This document shows, piece after piece, positions 17,505-27,932 of a DNA stretch of 42,137 nucleotides (the stretch's first letter is position 1; every line of letters begins with the position of its first letter). This DNA comes from a virus. Taxonomy: Duplodnaviria; Caudoviricetes. The notes below the pieces were generated by a model. That model saw only the letters and a list, made by a program, of their open reading frames with translations, did no database searches and was not told the origin of the DNA. Made by a program: the position numbers and the translations under genes. The DNA is taken from positions 1 through 42,137 of the IMG/VR virus record IMGVR_UViG_3300027710_000050, one strand, 5' to 3'.

Positions 17505-19207
17505 TGAGAGTGCCTGTTGTCGACCCATCTGTACGCGGAGGCGGTTTTGATGCGCCAATGCCAACAAACTACGCCCAAAAACAAGCAGAGCAAACTGGAC
17601 AGCTTATAGATAACGCCTTAGGTACTGCCGCAAAAATTCAAAATGATATGCAAGTGCAAGCAAATCAATTGCGTGTCGATGATGCGAGTGTGCAGGCGCA
17701 AAACATCATGATGAGGCGTCAACAGGAGTTTATGCAGTACAAAGGAAAGGATGCAATTCAGCGCGGTGATAAATCATTAGACCAAGAATTTGATGAGCTG
17801 CTGACTAAGGATTTTGAGGAAATTGGCAAATCATTAGGTAATGATGCACAGCGTCAAGTTTGGCATTTACAGTCAAACGATATGCGCCGTTCGTTTGGTT
17901 CAAAAGTTAATAATTATATGCTTGGTGAGTACAAGTCGTACAACGAAAGCGTACAACAAGGGAAAATAAGCACGGGCTTGCAAATGATTGCACAAAATCC
18001 TGATGCCAAGAGCGAAGATTATCAGCGCGGGAAAATGGCCATTGTTAATGGTGTTGCTTCAATCAATCAGGGAATGGATGCTGATTTTGTCAAAACCAAA
18101 ACCATCGAGGCATTAACCCCTGCTCATGTGTCGGTTATTGATGGGTATTTAACATCTGGCAATGTACAGGCTGCACGAGATTATTTTGCTATGCCTGATG
18201 TACAAAACGAACTGACGGTTACTGCAAAATCAAAATTAAGTAATGTTTTAACTGTGGCGGCTAATGAGTTTAATGGTCAAGAGCTTGGCCGTGCCGCCGT
18301 GTCTGCTTTGGGTGAAAACGCCTCAAGAAAAGCGATTGATGCCTATATTTTAGAAAAGGCGGGCAATAATCCTGGTGTGATTAAATACGCACGAACTGAG
18401 GCTAATTATCAGGCGGAATTGATTAAGGATAGTAAGCAGCAAGCCAAAAACTCACTTATGGAGCCAATCAACACCCATCTTGGCCAAGCAAAAATAAACG
18501 GCTCTTTTATTGATAAAGGTCAAGCCAATACATTGCTATCAAAATTAAGACTAAATGACACTGAAGGTTATTTGCGTGCCTCTGCACTTATTGACCAACA
18601 TAATGATGAGATTCGCTCTGAGCGTAATTCAGCAGAAGATAGGGCAAGAATCGCAACAGACAGAGCCAAGAAAAACGGTGCAAAGGGCGACGATGCAAGT
18701 GTAGCGGCTTGGTACGAACTAAAGATTAACCCTTCGGCATTGCGTGTTATTGACCTTAAGAAAATGCTGAATAGTGGTGTTTTAGGCGAAAAACATTTTA
18801 ATGATTTGGTAGGCGACCAAGCAGCACTAAGAAACAAAAAAATATCGGATAATAGTATCTTGGACGATAAGGCTGCTGTTGATTTAGTGCTTAAAGGCGC
18901 GAATATCAAAACATCGGGCGAAAATGCAAACTATGCACAGCTTGGTAAATTTTACGAACGGTTCAGCCAACGCGCCAAAGAAACACAGGCTGTTACCCAA
19001 GAGCAAAAAATTAGTATTGCGCGTGAGTTACTGGCTGAGACAGTTCGAGAGCGTCCGTTATGGTTCGATACCACGCAAAAAGTATTTATGGTTGATGTGC
19101 CAGTGAGTGATAGAGAGCAAATTATTAACGCGCTAAGAAAAGCCAACAAGCCAGTCACAGAGCAAAACATTGTTGAAACATATCGCCTAGCTAACGAGAA
19201 TAAATAA
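17504..19207 (+). CDS. internal virion (ejection) protein
   Basis: Position; helical composition. Confidence 0.65.
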   Translation: MRVPVVDPSVRGGGFDAPMPTNYAQKQAEQTGQLIDNALGTAAKIQNDMQVQANQLRVDDASVQAQNIMMRRQQEFMQYKGKDAIQRGDKSLDQEFDELLTKDFEEIGKSLGNDAQRQVWHLQSNDMRRSFGSKVNNYMLGEYKSYNESVQQGKISTGLQMIAQNPDAKSEDYQRGKMAIVNGVASINQGMDADFVKTKTIEALTPAHVSVIDGYLTSGNVQAARDYFAMPDVQNELTVTAKSKLSNVLTVAANEFNGQELGRAAVSALGENASRKAIDAYILEKAGNNPGVIKYARTEANYQAELIKDSKQQAKNSLMEPINTHLGQAKINGSFIDKGQANTLLSKLRLNDTEGYLRASALIDQHNDEIRSERNSAEDRARIATDRAKKNGAKGDDASVAAWYELKINPSALRVIDLKKMLNSGVLGEKHFNDLVGDQAALRNKKISDNSILDDKAAVDLVLKGANIKTSGENANYAQLGKFYERFSQRAKETQAVTQEQKISIARELLAETVRERPLWFDTTQKVFMVDVPVSDREQIINALRKANKPVTEQNIVETYRLANENK

Positions 19208-19208
19208 T

Positions 19209-22200
19209 ATGCCTAATTATGATGATATTGTCGGTCAGTTACCACAAGACACCACGCCTAATCAAAACCTTTATTTGGCCAGTGATGTTAATCCTGATGA
19301 GGAGGCATCATTACGCAACTTGTCTAAACAGACAGGTATGCCAGTGGAGGCGTTGCGTTTAAAGCCTGTGGCTCAAGAAGTTAAACGCTCATTAACTGCC
19401 AATAAATACGACAATATCATCAAAACATCGCCTAAGTTGGCGCAATTTTTATCTAATCCTAATAATGCGAATATCTCTCATGATGATGTCGATAATTTAG
19501 GCTTGTTAGAGCGCACTTTTCGTCAATTAACAGGCGGCAACATCGAAAATGTTGGCATGACTTCTGGCGGTTTTGGCGAGTTATTCAACATTGGCCAGCG
19601 TAAGTTAATCAACACGCTCTCTGATTTGTTATTGCCTCCAACATCTGACGGTCAAAAAATAAATCCTGAGTCTTTATATGGGCCAATGATTGGCGAGGGA
19701 TTAAAAGACACGGGCAAAATCGTTAAAGATTATGCGCGTAATACCGTTAAAGTACCTCAAAATCAGCAAACCTTCTATGACCAAGTTGTCGGCGGCATTG
19801 GTCAGGTGACTTCACAGGTTATTACTACACCTTTAACGCTTGGTACTGGATTATATGCCCAAGGTGCTGATGCTATGGCTGAGAAAATAGCCACAGATAA
19901 CGCACCACAGGACACCAAAGACAATGCTGTTTTGCTTGGCTCATTAGTGACAGGTTTAACCGAAAAGTGGGCATTGGATAAATTAACGGGGCCACTAGAC
20001 ACAAAAGTAAAATCTCAACTTGGCCAAGTGTTAGCAAGAATTGGTATTGCAGGCGGGGCTGAGGGCGTTCAGGAGTTTTCGGAAAACCTTTTACAAGACA
20101 CCATTCGTCAACAAATGGTTAATCCAAATGCCACTATTGATGTGATGCAATCGGTAGAGGAGGGGCAAGTAGGGGCGACAGTTGGCGCGGTTGTACGTTC
20201 TTTTGTTGAGGCAGGGCTACACATTAAAAAGCGCAACGATGCGGCATTAAAGGCACAGGCAGAACAAGAACAACTAAACAATATCAACCAACTATCACAA
20301 GCAAGCAGAGTGTTACAGCGTGATCAAGCCACGTTTGAGGATTACTTAAAATCTGTGACTGACGAACAAGGCGCGGTGACTGATTTATATATTGATGCTC
20401 AAACATTGGCACAATCAGGCCATGCTCAAAAAATTACAGAAGTCATGCCGTCCGTAGCTGAGCAATTGCCTAATGCTTTGGCGACTAATGGCGTTATCCG
20501 CTTAGATGTAGCTGAGTATGCCTCGCGTGTAGGCAATCAGGAGTTTGCTCAGTCATTGGTACAGGATTTAAAAACCGACCCTGATGGATTTAGTGCAAAC
20601 GAGGCCGCCGATTTTGTTAAGACCAAAGCAGCCGAGGAACTACAAAAAGAATTTGAAATTGCCAACAAAAACGCGCAACAGTCGGGCGAATTTGAGCAAA
20701 GCAAAGAGAAAGTCAGACAGGCTATCTTTGACGGACTAAGCTCAACAAAACGCTTTAGAGGTGACATTAACGAGGCTTATTCTAATTTGATGGCTTCTTA
20801 TTTTGCCACTCGTGCGCGTAATCTTGGCCAAACGCCTGAGCAAGTGTTTAATGATTACACGGTTAAGATTGCAAGCAAGGTGAGTGGTGGGGATGTTTTG
20901 GGGCAGTCATCGCCTGAGTTTTCAACAAAGGAACAAGCAGAGGCAAAGGCTAGAATACTTCAAAAACAGCTCGATAGACAAAAGGCAAAACTAACACCTG
21001 ACAACATAAAATTTAAAGAGTTGGAAATTAAGCGTATTTCTGATGCTTCTAAATCTTTGCCAAGTGAAAGCAATTTGTCAGTAAATACCGATATTGCTTA
21101 TGATGAAACCAAATTCACGCACAAAGCACCAAGCCCAAAAAACGGGCAATCTATTTTAGATTTTAATCAACGGATAGAGTCTGATGGTTTTTCTTTTGAT
21201 AATTTGGCTCAGGCGTTTATTGATGATGTAAAGAATAATCCAAACAAAAAAGCCACTATTTATCGTGCTGTTGCTGTTGATGGCAATGCTGATATTAAAA
21301 ACGGCGATTGGGTAGCATCAACAAAACAGTATGCTGAAAATCACGGCATGAGTGTTTTTGGTGAGGGAAAGTATAAGATTATTGAAAAAGAGGTATTGCC
21401 AAAAAACATCTTTACGGATGGTAATAGTATTCATGAGTTTGGTTATGTTGAGGATGGGGATGTTTTAAATAAGTCAAAAACTACTGAGCAAAACCAATTC
21501 ACCGAGATGCTATCCCAAGCAGACAAGATGATTGCCGAGCAAGGCCAATTACTTGCACCTAATGGGAAACCATCTAAACTAAACCGTGTGCAATGGGCGC
21601 AAGTACGAACTGATAACTTTAAGACATGGTTTGGAGATTGGGAAAATGACCCTGCCAATGCGTCAAAAGTGGTTGATGATAATGGTGAGCCGTTGGTGGT
21701 TTATCATGGGACTAATGCTAGTTTTGATGAGTTTAAAAAGAATAATGTTATTCATGGATTAGAGTATGGCGATGGTTTTTATTTTACAACAGATAAAAAA
21801 CAGGCAGAAAATTATGGTGAAAAAATCAAAGATATTTTTCTAAATATTAGAAATCCGTTTAATCCATTTGGAGGTAATAAAAAAAGAGCTTATTTTGATA
21901 ATACAGAAGACGCTAAATTGCTATTCAGGCAAAAAATGGCAGAATTTGAAAAAGAAGGCAAAGGCTATGATAGATTTAAGCCGATAATAAACAAGGAAGA
22001 CAACGGATTTTCAATAGATTATTCAACAGCCTATGATTTAGAGCCTAGCTTATTTAATGATGGGTACAATCGCGGAAATATATTCGTTGCTTTTGACCCC
22101 ACACAAATAAAATCCGCCACGGGCAACAATGGCGAGTTTAATCCTGCCGACCCCAATATATTAAAACAGTCCTCCGATGTAGACCTCGGCTCATTCGACC

Positions 22201-25200
22201 CTTTACGCAACATTATCACCTTATTAGCCGATGCCAACTTATCAACGTTCCTGCATGAGTCAATGCACTTCTTTTTAGAAACAGATATTACGATTGCGGC
22301 TCAAATCATTAGCCAAAATGATATTTTTGATGTTTCTACCATGAGCAAGGGCGAGCAACAACACCTTAGAGATGTGTCGTTATTGCTTAAGCAAGTAGGC
22401 TTAGAGGGTGACATTCAACAACAAATTACCGCTTGGCAAACAATGGATTTTGAGGAAAAGCGTACTTATCACGAAAAAGTAGCCGAGATGGGGGAAAAAT
22501 ACTTCTTTGAGGGGCGCGCTCCAAGCATCGAGCTAATTCCTGTGTTTAATCGCTTCCGTAATTTTATGGTGAGCGTTTATAAGAGTATTAAGAAGTTTTT
22601 AACTGCTAATCCTGACGCTGGCAAAATCAACAATGAAGTGCGTATGGTCTTTGACCGTATGATTGCTACAGAAGAAGAAATTGCCTTAGCTGAAAAAGCA
22701 CGAAGCATGATGCCATTGGTAGGCACAGCCGAAGATCTTGGCATGACCGAGCAAGAGTTTGCAGACTACCAAGAGCAAGCCAAGCAAGCCACACAAGACG
22801 CAATCACCGAGCTACAGACAAAAGGCTTGCGTGACATGAAGTGGCTTAGAAACTTGCAAAGCAAGGAGCTAAAACGCTTGCAGAAGATGGCACAGGCTCA
22901 ACGTGCTGAGGTTAGACGCACAGTTCGCGCTGAGGTGTTATCTGAGTCTGTTTATCGTGCTTACAGCATGCTTACGGCACGTATGACCGATGAGGACAAG
23001 TTGCCTGTACAGCCTAAGGTTAAACCATCTAATAATGTTGTTGACCCAACAACAGATAGCTTGTTTGTGGCTATTGCCAAATTGGGTGGCATTAACTTTG
23101 ATGATGCGGTGCGCGAATGGGGTGTTGACCCTAAAGAAAACATAAAAACGCCTATTTTTGGCAAGCCAGTATTGCGTAAAAAAGGCGGCAGAAGTATTGA
23201 TGATATAGCACGGGCATTGGCCGAGGATAGTTATATTGAGGTCGATGACAGTGGACAATATGACACTAGCGAGCTTGAGCAGCGATTCAATGATGAGTTG
23301 TTTGGCACCATCCAATACAGTGTTTTACGCGATTATAGTCTTAAGGAGCAAAAGGCGGGTGATGGCATTGACTTAACAGGCGTTAATGCTCTGCGTTTTG
23401 ATTACGATAGCTTATTGAATATGGATATTGGCAAAGAGGTGTTTGATATTCTTGTGGCGCGTAAGATGACTTCAAAAACTGGCGGCATTCATCCTGATTT
23501 TGTGGCCGAGTATTTACAGGCTGATGGCTGGGAATCGGGTTCTGAGTTGGTTAACGCTTTGGCAACAAGTAACACGCCACAAGAAGAAATAGAAAACCGC
23601 ACCGACCAACGCATGACCGAGCAATATGCTGAATTATCCTCTGAGGCTGCTATTCAACGGGCGGCAGATATTGCTGTGCATAATGAGGCAAGGTCAAGGC
23701 TGATTGAGACTGAATTTAAGGCATTGGCCAAGGCATTAAATGAGCGCGTACCTGATGGCCAAGACAAAAACAGCAGGGCTAGAACACTGGCGGCTTTGCC
23801 TATGGCGGCTAAAGAATTGGCTAACCGTGTTATCTCGCGTGTGCGTGTGCGTGATGTTCGACCCTCTCAGTATGCGGCGGCCGAGACAAGAGCAATTAGA
23901 GCCTTTGAACGTGCGCGAACTATTGAGGAACGTATCACTGAAAAGAAAAACCAGTTGATTAACTTCCATTTGACCAGAGAGGCTTATGCAGCCCAAGAAG
24001 AAGTTAAGGTCGCTTTGCGCTATGTGAAAAAGTTTGATAGTAAAAATATATCTAAGCGCATTGAGCCTGATTACATGGAGCAAATCGAAGCGTTTTTGGA
24101 AAAGTACGATTTTAGACAGGTATCGAATAAGGCTGTTGATAAGCGTAAATCTTTAAAAAAATGGATTGCAGCACAAGAGGAATTGGGCTTATCACCCGAT
24201 ATTGACCAACGCTTAATAGATGATGCCAATAAAACACATTACAAAGACTTAACCGTGGATGAGTTTAGGGGCGTGGTTGAGGCAATCAAGCAAATTGAAC
24301 ACATGGGGCGGTTAAAGACTAAGCTGCTCAATGCCCAAAAACAGCGCAATTTTGAAAAGGTCAGGACTTTGCTGCTTGAGGCTTTGGCTAGTAACTCCAA
24401 AAACGCAGAAATCTTAAACCGAGAGCCAAGCAACAGCGAAGAACGTAAAAGATATGGAGCTAAAGGCTTTTTGTTGGCGCATTTAAAAGGTTCAACATTG
24501 GCCAGAGAATTTGACGGCGGCAAGGATGGTGGTATTTGGTGGGATGTGCTGATTAGACCTGCCAATGATGCGGCAGACATGGAGACGCTATTAAACCATG
24601 AGGCAAGCATGAAACTTACTGAGATATTAAAGCCAATTTTAGCTAACTCGAAATGGTTTAAAGGATTGGAGGGTAAGGGAAAGACTTACACTATGGGCGA
24701 TAAACAGCGTACTTTTAACCATGCTCAACGTATTGTTATCGCGCTGAACATGGGTAACGCTGGCAATACTCAAAGGTTGCTTGATGGCGAGGGGTGGACA
24801 AGGGCGGATGTAGAGCAGATTTTGCAGGATTTTAACGCGGATGAGTTGCAAGCTATTCAGCAGGTTTGGGATCTGTTTGAGTCATATCGCCCAAAGGTCG
24901 CTGAATTGGAAAAGCGTATTTATGGCAAAGAGCCTGAATGGATTGAAGCGGTACCATTAACCGTAAAATCTAAAGACGGCCAAGAATTAACATTGAGAGG
25001 CGGTTATTTTCCGATTAAATACGACAAAGAGGCAAGCAGTCGCACCGAAGAACTGGCAAACGCTGAGACAGCAAAACAGGCCATGCAAGGCGCATTTAGC
25101 GCGGCCAATGTTAGACGCTCGTTTGCAAAATCTCGCGTAGCAGAGGTTAAAGGCCGTCCATTGTCCTATGATATGGCGGGGATGTTTTCTAGTTTGCGCG

Positions 25201-26390
25201 AGTTGCATCACTATTTGTCATGGGCTGAATGGGTAATTGATGCCAAGCGCGTTATTGGCGATGACAAGGTAAAAGATGCAATTAGAAGCAATTATGGCGG
25301 CAAAGTATTGAGAGAGCTTAAGGGATGGGTTGATGCTGTTGCCAAAGGCGACCAGTCCGAAAATGATGCGGTTGCTCGGTTTTTTAATAAAGTCAGGGCG
25401 AATGTTAGTATTGCAGGGCTTGGCTTTAATGTGATGACAGGTGCATTGCAGTTGACTGGCTTTTTAAATGGTGCTGTTCGCAATGGTTATAAGTATCAGG
25501 CTATAGGCTTGTCAAAATTAGCATCTAATCCATTAGCACTTGCTAAAGAGATTCGTGCAAAATCCAAATTTATGGATGCTCGTACAAATACCATGTTCCA
25601 AGAATTAAACGAGAATATGAATAAGATTCGCGGGGACATGGGCATACAAGACACAATGATTAAGCATGGGTTTACCTTAATCCGTATCATGCAGCAACAG
25701 GTTGATGTGGTGACATGGCAGGGAGCTTACGAGAAAGCCGTTGCGGAGGGACATGGCGATGACAAAGCTATTGCTATTGCTGACCAAGTGGTGAGGGATA
25801 CGCAAGGCTCTGGCTTATGGCATGACTTGTCTTTTGTGCAAAGAGAGCGTAATTTGAAGTTGTTTACTGTGTTTTATAACTATATGGGAACAGTTTTAAA
25901 CACGATTTACACTCAAGCCAAGACCGCGCCAAACAAGAAAAAGCTAATTGCTGATATGCTGCTTTTAACGGTTGCCGTTCCTGCTATGACTGCATTATTG
26001 CGTAATGGATTAACACCAAGCGATGATGATGAGGGCGAAGACTGGCTCTGGAAGGTGTTGCGCGAAATAACAGGCAGTGCATTAGGTTTGTTTGTTGCCT
26101 TTAGAGAGATTCAGGCTTTATCCAATCTATTTGTGGATGACCCTGTGGATTATTCAGGCACAACAGGCACAAAAGCCTTTGCTGATATTATGAAGTTTGC
26201 AGAACAAGCAAAACAAGGTGAGGCTGACGATGGATTTACTCGTGCATCTATTAATTTGGCTGGTGATTTGTTTGGCATTCCATCAGCACAAATCAATAAG
26301 ACTATTAAGGGTGCTGATGCTATCGAGCAAGGCAAGACAGATGGTGCGGTCGAGGATGCTCAGGCTTTGATGTTTGGGTATAAGCAGTAA
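19209..26390 (+). CDS. giant ejection/polyvalent protein with ADP-ribosyltransferase-like and HExxH domains
   Basis: FKTWFGDW..SKVVD.NGEPLVVYHGT..GFYFT..F.PTQIKSATGN (ART-PolyVal); STFLHESMH. Confidence 0.8.
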   Translation: MPNYDDIVGQLPQDTTPNQNLYLASDVNPDEEASLRNLSKQTGMPVEALRLKPVAQEVKRSLTANKYDNIIKTSPKLAQFLSNPNNANISHDDVDNLGLLERTFRQLTGGNIENVGMTSGGFGELFNIGQRKLINTLSDLLLPPTSDGQKINPESLYGPMIGEGLKDTGKIVKDYARNTVKVPQNQQTFYDQVVGGIGQVTSQVITTPLTLGTGLYAQGADAMAEKIATDNAPQDTKDNAVLLGSLVTGLTEKWALDKLTGPLDTKVKSQLGQVLARIGIAGGAEGVQEFSENLLQDTIRQQMVNPNATIDVMQSVEEGQVGATVGAVVRSFVEAGLHIKKRNDAALKAQAEQEQLNNINQLSQASRVLQRDQATFEDYLKSVTDEQGAVTDLYIDAQTLAQSGHAQKITEVMPSVAEQLPNALATNGVIRLDVAEYASRVGNQEFAQSLVQDLKTDPDGFSANEAADFVKTKAAEELQKEFEIANKNAQQSGEFEQSKEKVRQAIFDGLSSTKRFRGDINEAYSNLMASYFATRARNLGQTPEQVFNDYTVKIASKVSGGDVLGQSSPEFSTKEQAEAKARILQKQLDRQKAKLTPDNIKFKELEIKRISDASKSLPSESNLSVNTDIAYDETKFTHKAPSPKNGQSILDFNQRIESDGFSFDNLAQAFIDDVKNNPNKKATIYRAVAVDGNADIKNGDWVASTKQYAENHGMSVFGEGKYKIIEKEVLPKNIFTDGNSIHEFGYVEDGDVLNKSKTTEQNQFTEMLSQADKMIAEQGQLLAPNGKPSKLNRVQWAQVRTDNFKTWFGDWENDPANASKVVDDNGEPLVVYHGTNASFDEFKKNNVIHGLEYGDGFYFTTDKKQAENYGEKIKDIFLNIRNPFNPFGGNKKRAYFDNTEDAKLLFRQKMAEFEKEGKGYDRFKPIINKEDNGFSIDYSTAYDLEPSLFNDGYNRGNIFVAFDPTQIKSATGNNGEFNPADPNILKQSSDVDLGSFDPLRNIITLLADANLSTFLHESMHFFLETDITIAAQIISQNDIFDVSTMSKGEQQHLRDVSLLLKQVGLEGDIQQQITAWQTMDFEEKRTYHEKVAEMGEKYFFEGRAPSIELIPVFNRFRNFMVSVYKSIKKFLTANPDAGKINNEVRMVFDRMIATEEEIALAEKARSMMPLVGTAEDLGMTEQEFADYQEQAKQATQDAITELQTKGLRDMKWLRNLQSKELKRLQKMAQAQRAEVRRTVRAEVLSESVYRAYSMLTARMTDEDKLPVQPKVKPSNNVVDPTTDSLFVAIAKLGGINFDDAVREWGVDPKENIKTPIFGKPVLRKKGGRSIDDIARALAEDSYIEVDDSGQYDTSELEQRFNDELFGTIQYSVLRDYSLKEQKAGDGIDLTGVNALRFDYDSLLNMDIGKEVFDILVARKMTSKTGGIHPDFVAEYLQADGWESGSELVNALATSNTPQEEIENRTDQRMTEQYAELSSEAAIQRAADIAVHNEARSRLIETEFKALAKALNERVPDGQDKNSRARTLAALPMAAKELANRVISRVRVRDVRPSQYAAAETRAIRAFERARTIEERITEKKNQLINFHLTREAYAAQEEVKVALRYVKKFDSKNISKRIEPDYMEQIEAFLEKYDFRQVSNKAVDKRKSLKKWIAAQEELGLSPDIDQRLIDDANKTHYKDLTVDEFRGVVEAIKQIEHMGRLKTKLLNAQKQRNFEKVRTLLLEALASNSKNAEILNREPSNSEERKRYGAKGFLLAHLKGSTLAREFDGGKDGGIWWDVLIRPANDAADMETLLNHEASMKLTEILKPILANSKWFKGLEGKGKTYTMGDKQRTFNHAQRIVIALNMGNAGNTQRLLDGEGWTRADVEQILQDFNADELQAIQQVWDLFESYRPKVAELEKRIYGKEPEWIEAVPLTVKSKDGQELTLRGGYFPIKYDKEASSRTEELANAETAKQAMQGAFSAANVRRSFAKSRVAEVKGRPLSYDMAGMFSSLRELHHYLSWAEWVIDAKRVIGDDKVKDAIRSNYGGKVLRELKGWVDAVAKGDQSENDAVARFFNKVRANVSIAGLGFNVMTGALQLTGFLNGAVRNGYKYQAIGLSKLASNPLALAKEIRAKSKFMDARTNTMFQELNENMNKIRGDMGIQDTMIKHGFTLIRIMQQQVDVVTWQGAYEKAVAEGHGDDKAIAIADQVVRDTQGSGLWHDLSFVQRERNLKLFTVFYNYMGTVLNTIYTQAKTAPNKKKLIADMLLLTVAVPAMTALLRNGLTPSDDDEGEDWLWKVLREITGSALGLFVAFREIQALSNLFVDDPVDYSGTTGTKAFADIMKFAEQAKQGEADDGFTRASINLAGDLFGIPSAQINKTIKGADAIEQGKTDGAVEDAQALMFGYKQ

Positions 26391-26413
26391 AAAAGCCCCA
26401 ATTAAGGGGCTTA
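26388..26413. terminator. terminator-like hairpin
   Basis: AAAAAGCCCC-AATTAA-GGGGCTT. Confidence 0.6.
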
Positions 26414-26480
26414 ACCTTACTTGATATTTTTTTGCAAGTTGGGTATACAAACGCAAATCTAACAATTTCATGGAGCGATT

Positions 26481-27101
26481 ATGTTTTCTAAAATAGACAA
26501 CACTATAAGGAAATCCAGTAAGTACAAAATCATAGTGTCTATGTTTGGATTTTGGTTTTCTTTTGTTGTGTCTGTGTCAATAGTTAATGCCATTTCCGAT
26601 GAATTAGAAATCTATAATCCAAAGTTGTTGTTTTTATTATTGTTTGGCTTTCCGATTTCTTTGTTTTTAATATTTTATAGCCTCAGCTTAATGAATAAAA
26701 AAACAAAAATTCTGGTTTTCTCGTTGTGTTTTTTGGTTTTTTTAATTTATTTTTTATTTCATCTGCTTTCACAAAAAAAAGAATTAGCTCCATCTGTTGT
26801 TTTAAATGATAACAGATATGACCAGTATGTTGATTTAATTGAAAAATCAAAAAACAATTCAGATAATATTTTTTTGAATAACAAAAAAGACAATAATAAA
26901 CATGAAGAAATATTAGAAAATTATTATGAAGATATAACGCTAGAGAGTGATAAAGAGAAAGAATTACAGGCATTAAATGATAAAATATCAAAACCGTATT
27001 TGGATAAATGCTATGGTGATTGCGGAAATAAAGACGCATGCAAAATACAATGCGATATAAAATACAAATACGCTGATGCATCATCAATTATAGAGCAGTA
27101 A
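26481..27101 (+). CDS. AT-rich membrane protein (moron)
   Basis: Three TM segments, very low GC, C-terminal Cys cluster. Confidence 0.65.
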   Translation: MFSKIDNTIRKSSKYKIIVSMFGFWFSFVVSVSIVNAISDELEIYNPKLLFLLLFGFPISLFLIFYSLSLMNKKTKILVFSLCFLVFLIYFLFHLLSQKKELAPSVVLNDNRYDQYVDLIEKSKNNSDNIFLNNKKDNNKHEEILENYYEDITLESDKEKELQALNDKISKPYLDKCYGDCGNKDACKIQCDIKYKYADASSIIEQ

Positions 27102-27190
27102 CCCATCATAGCCACTAATACGTTTTTTATTCAGTGGCAACTTAAACCGCTCCTCACTGAGTACACTTCTTTTAACTAAGAGGTGTACTC

Positions 27191-27925
27191 ATGGCAATAT
27201 CATCTACTAATCGAAAAGCGGGGCCATACCTAAGCGATGGTGAACAATTATCCTATTCTTTTGACTTTAAGGTATTTATCGCGCAAGACTTGCGAATTGT
27301 CACGGCAGATACTAATGGTGCAGAAACAGATTTAGTCTTAGATACAGATTACTCCGTCACACTTAATGAAGACCAAGAAAACGATGCAGGCGGCACAATC
27401 ACCTTAATAGAAGCACTTACCGAAAACTATACACTTATCATTACGTCAAACATTGAATTAACCCAAGATTTGCAATTATTGAACGGCGGTAATTTTTCGC
27501 CAAAAGTTATCAATAATGCCTTAGATAAAATTGTTATCCAGTTACAGCAAGTCAATGAAAAAGCAGATAGGGCGGTTAAATCACCGATTACTGGTGAAGA
27601 TGACCCTGATGAAGTTATTGCACAACTAATACAAGCGACAACAATTGCTCAAAACGGAACAATTAAAGATTGGGCTTACTCTGAATCGTTCGCTGTTATA
27701 TCTGCCACAAGAAATGCAAACAATGTAATTACATCGGCAAATATCAAATGGCCTGACGGGGTAAGCGGTGTTTTTACGACTGATACAATCAATGCAACAC
27801 ATAACACCATTGACGCATGGCACGCAACATATGTTGGCACAACAACTAAAACAGTCACGCAAACGGCAGTTACACGCAACGCAGACGGAGCAGTAACAGC
27901 ACAACCTGAAATTACAATTAGTTGA
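27191..27925 (+). CDS. tail fibre adaptor (T7 gp17 N-terminal-like)
   Basis: RKAGPY..DG...F.FKVF, DYSV, ALDK...QQ. Confidence 0.8.
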   Translation: MAISSTNRKAGPYLSDGEQLSYSFDFKVFIAQDLRIVTADTNGAETDLVLDTDYSVTLNEDQENDAGGTITLIEALTENYTLIITSNIELTQDLQLLNGGNFSPKVINNALDKIVIQLQQVNEKADRAVKSPITGEDDPDEVIAQLIQATTIAQNGTIKDWAYSESFAVISATRNANNVITSANIKWPDGVSGVFTTDTINATHNTIDAWHATYVGTTTKTVTQTAVTRNADGAVTAQPEITIS

Positions 27926-27932
27926 GGTATTT

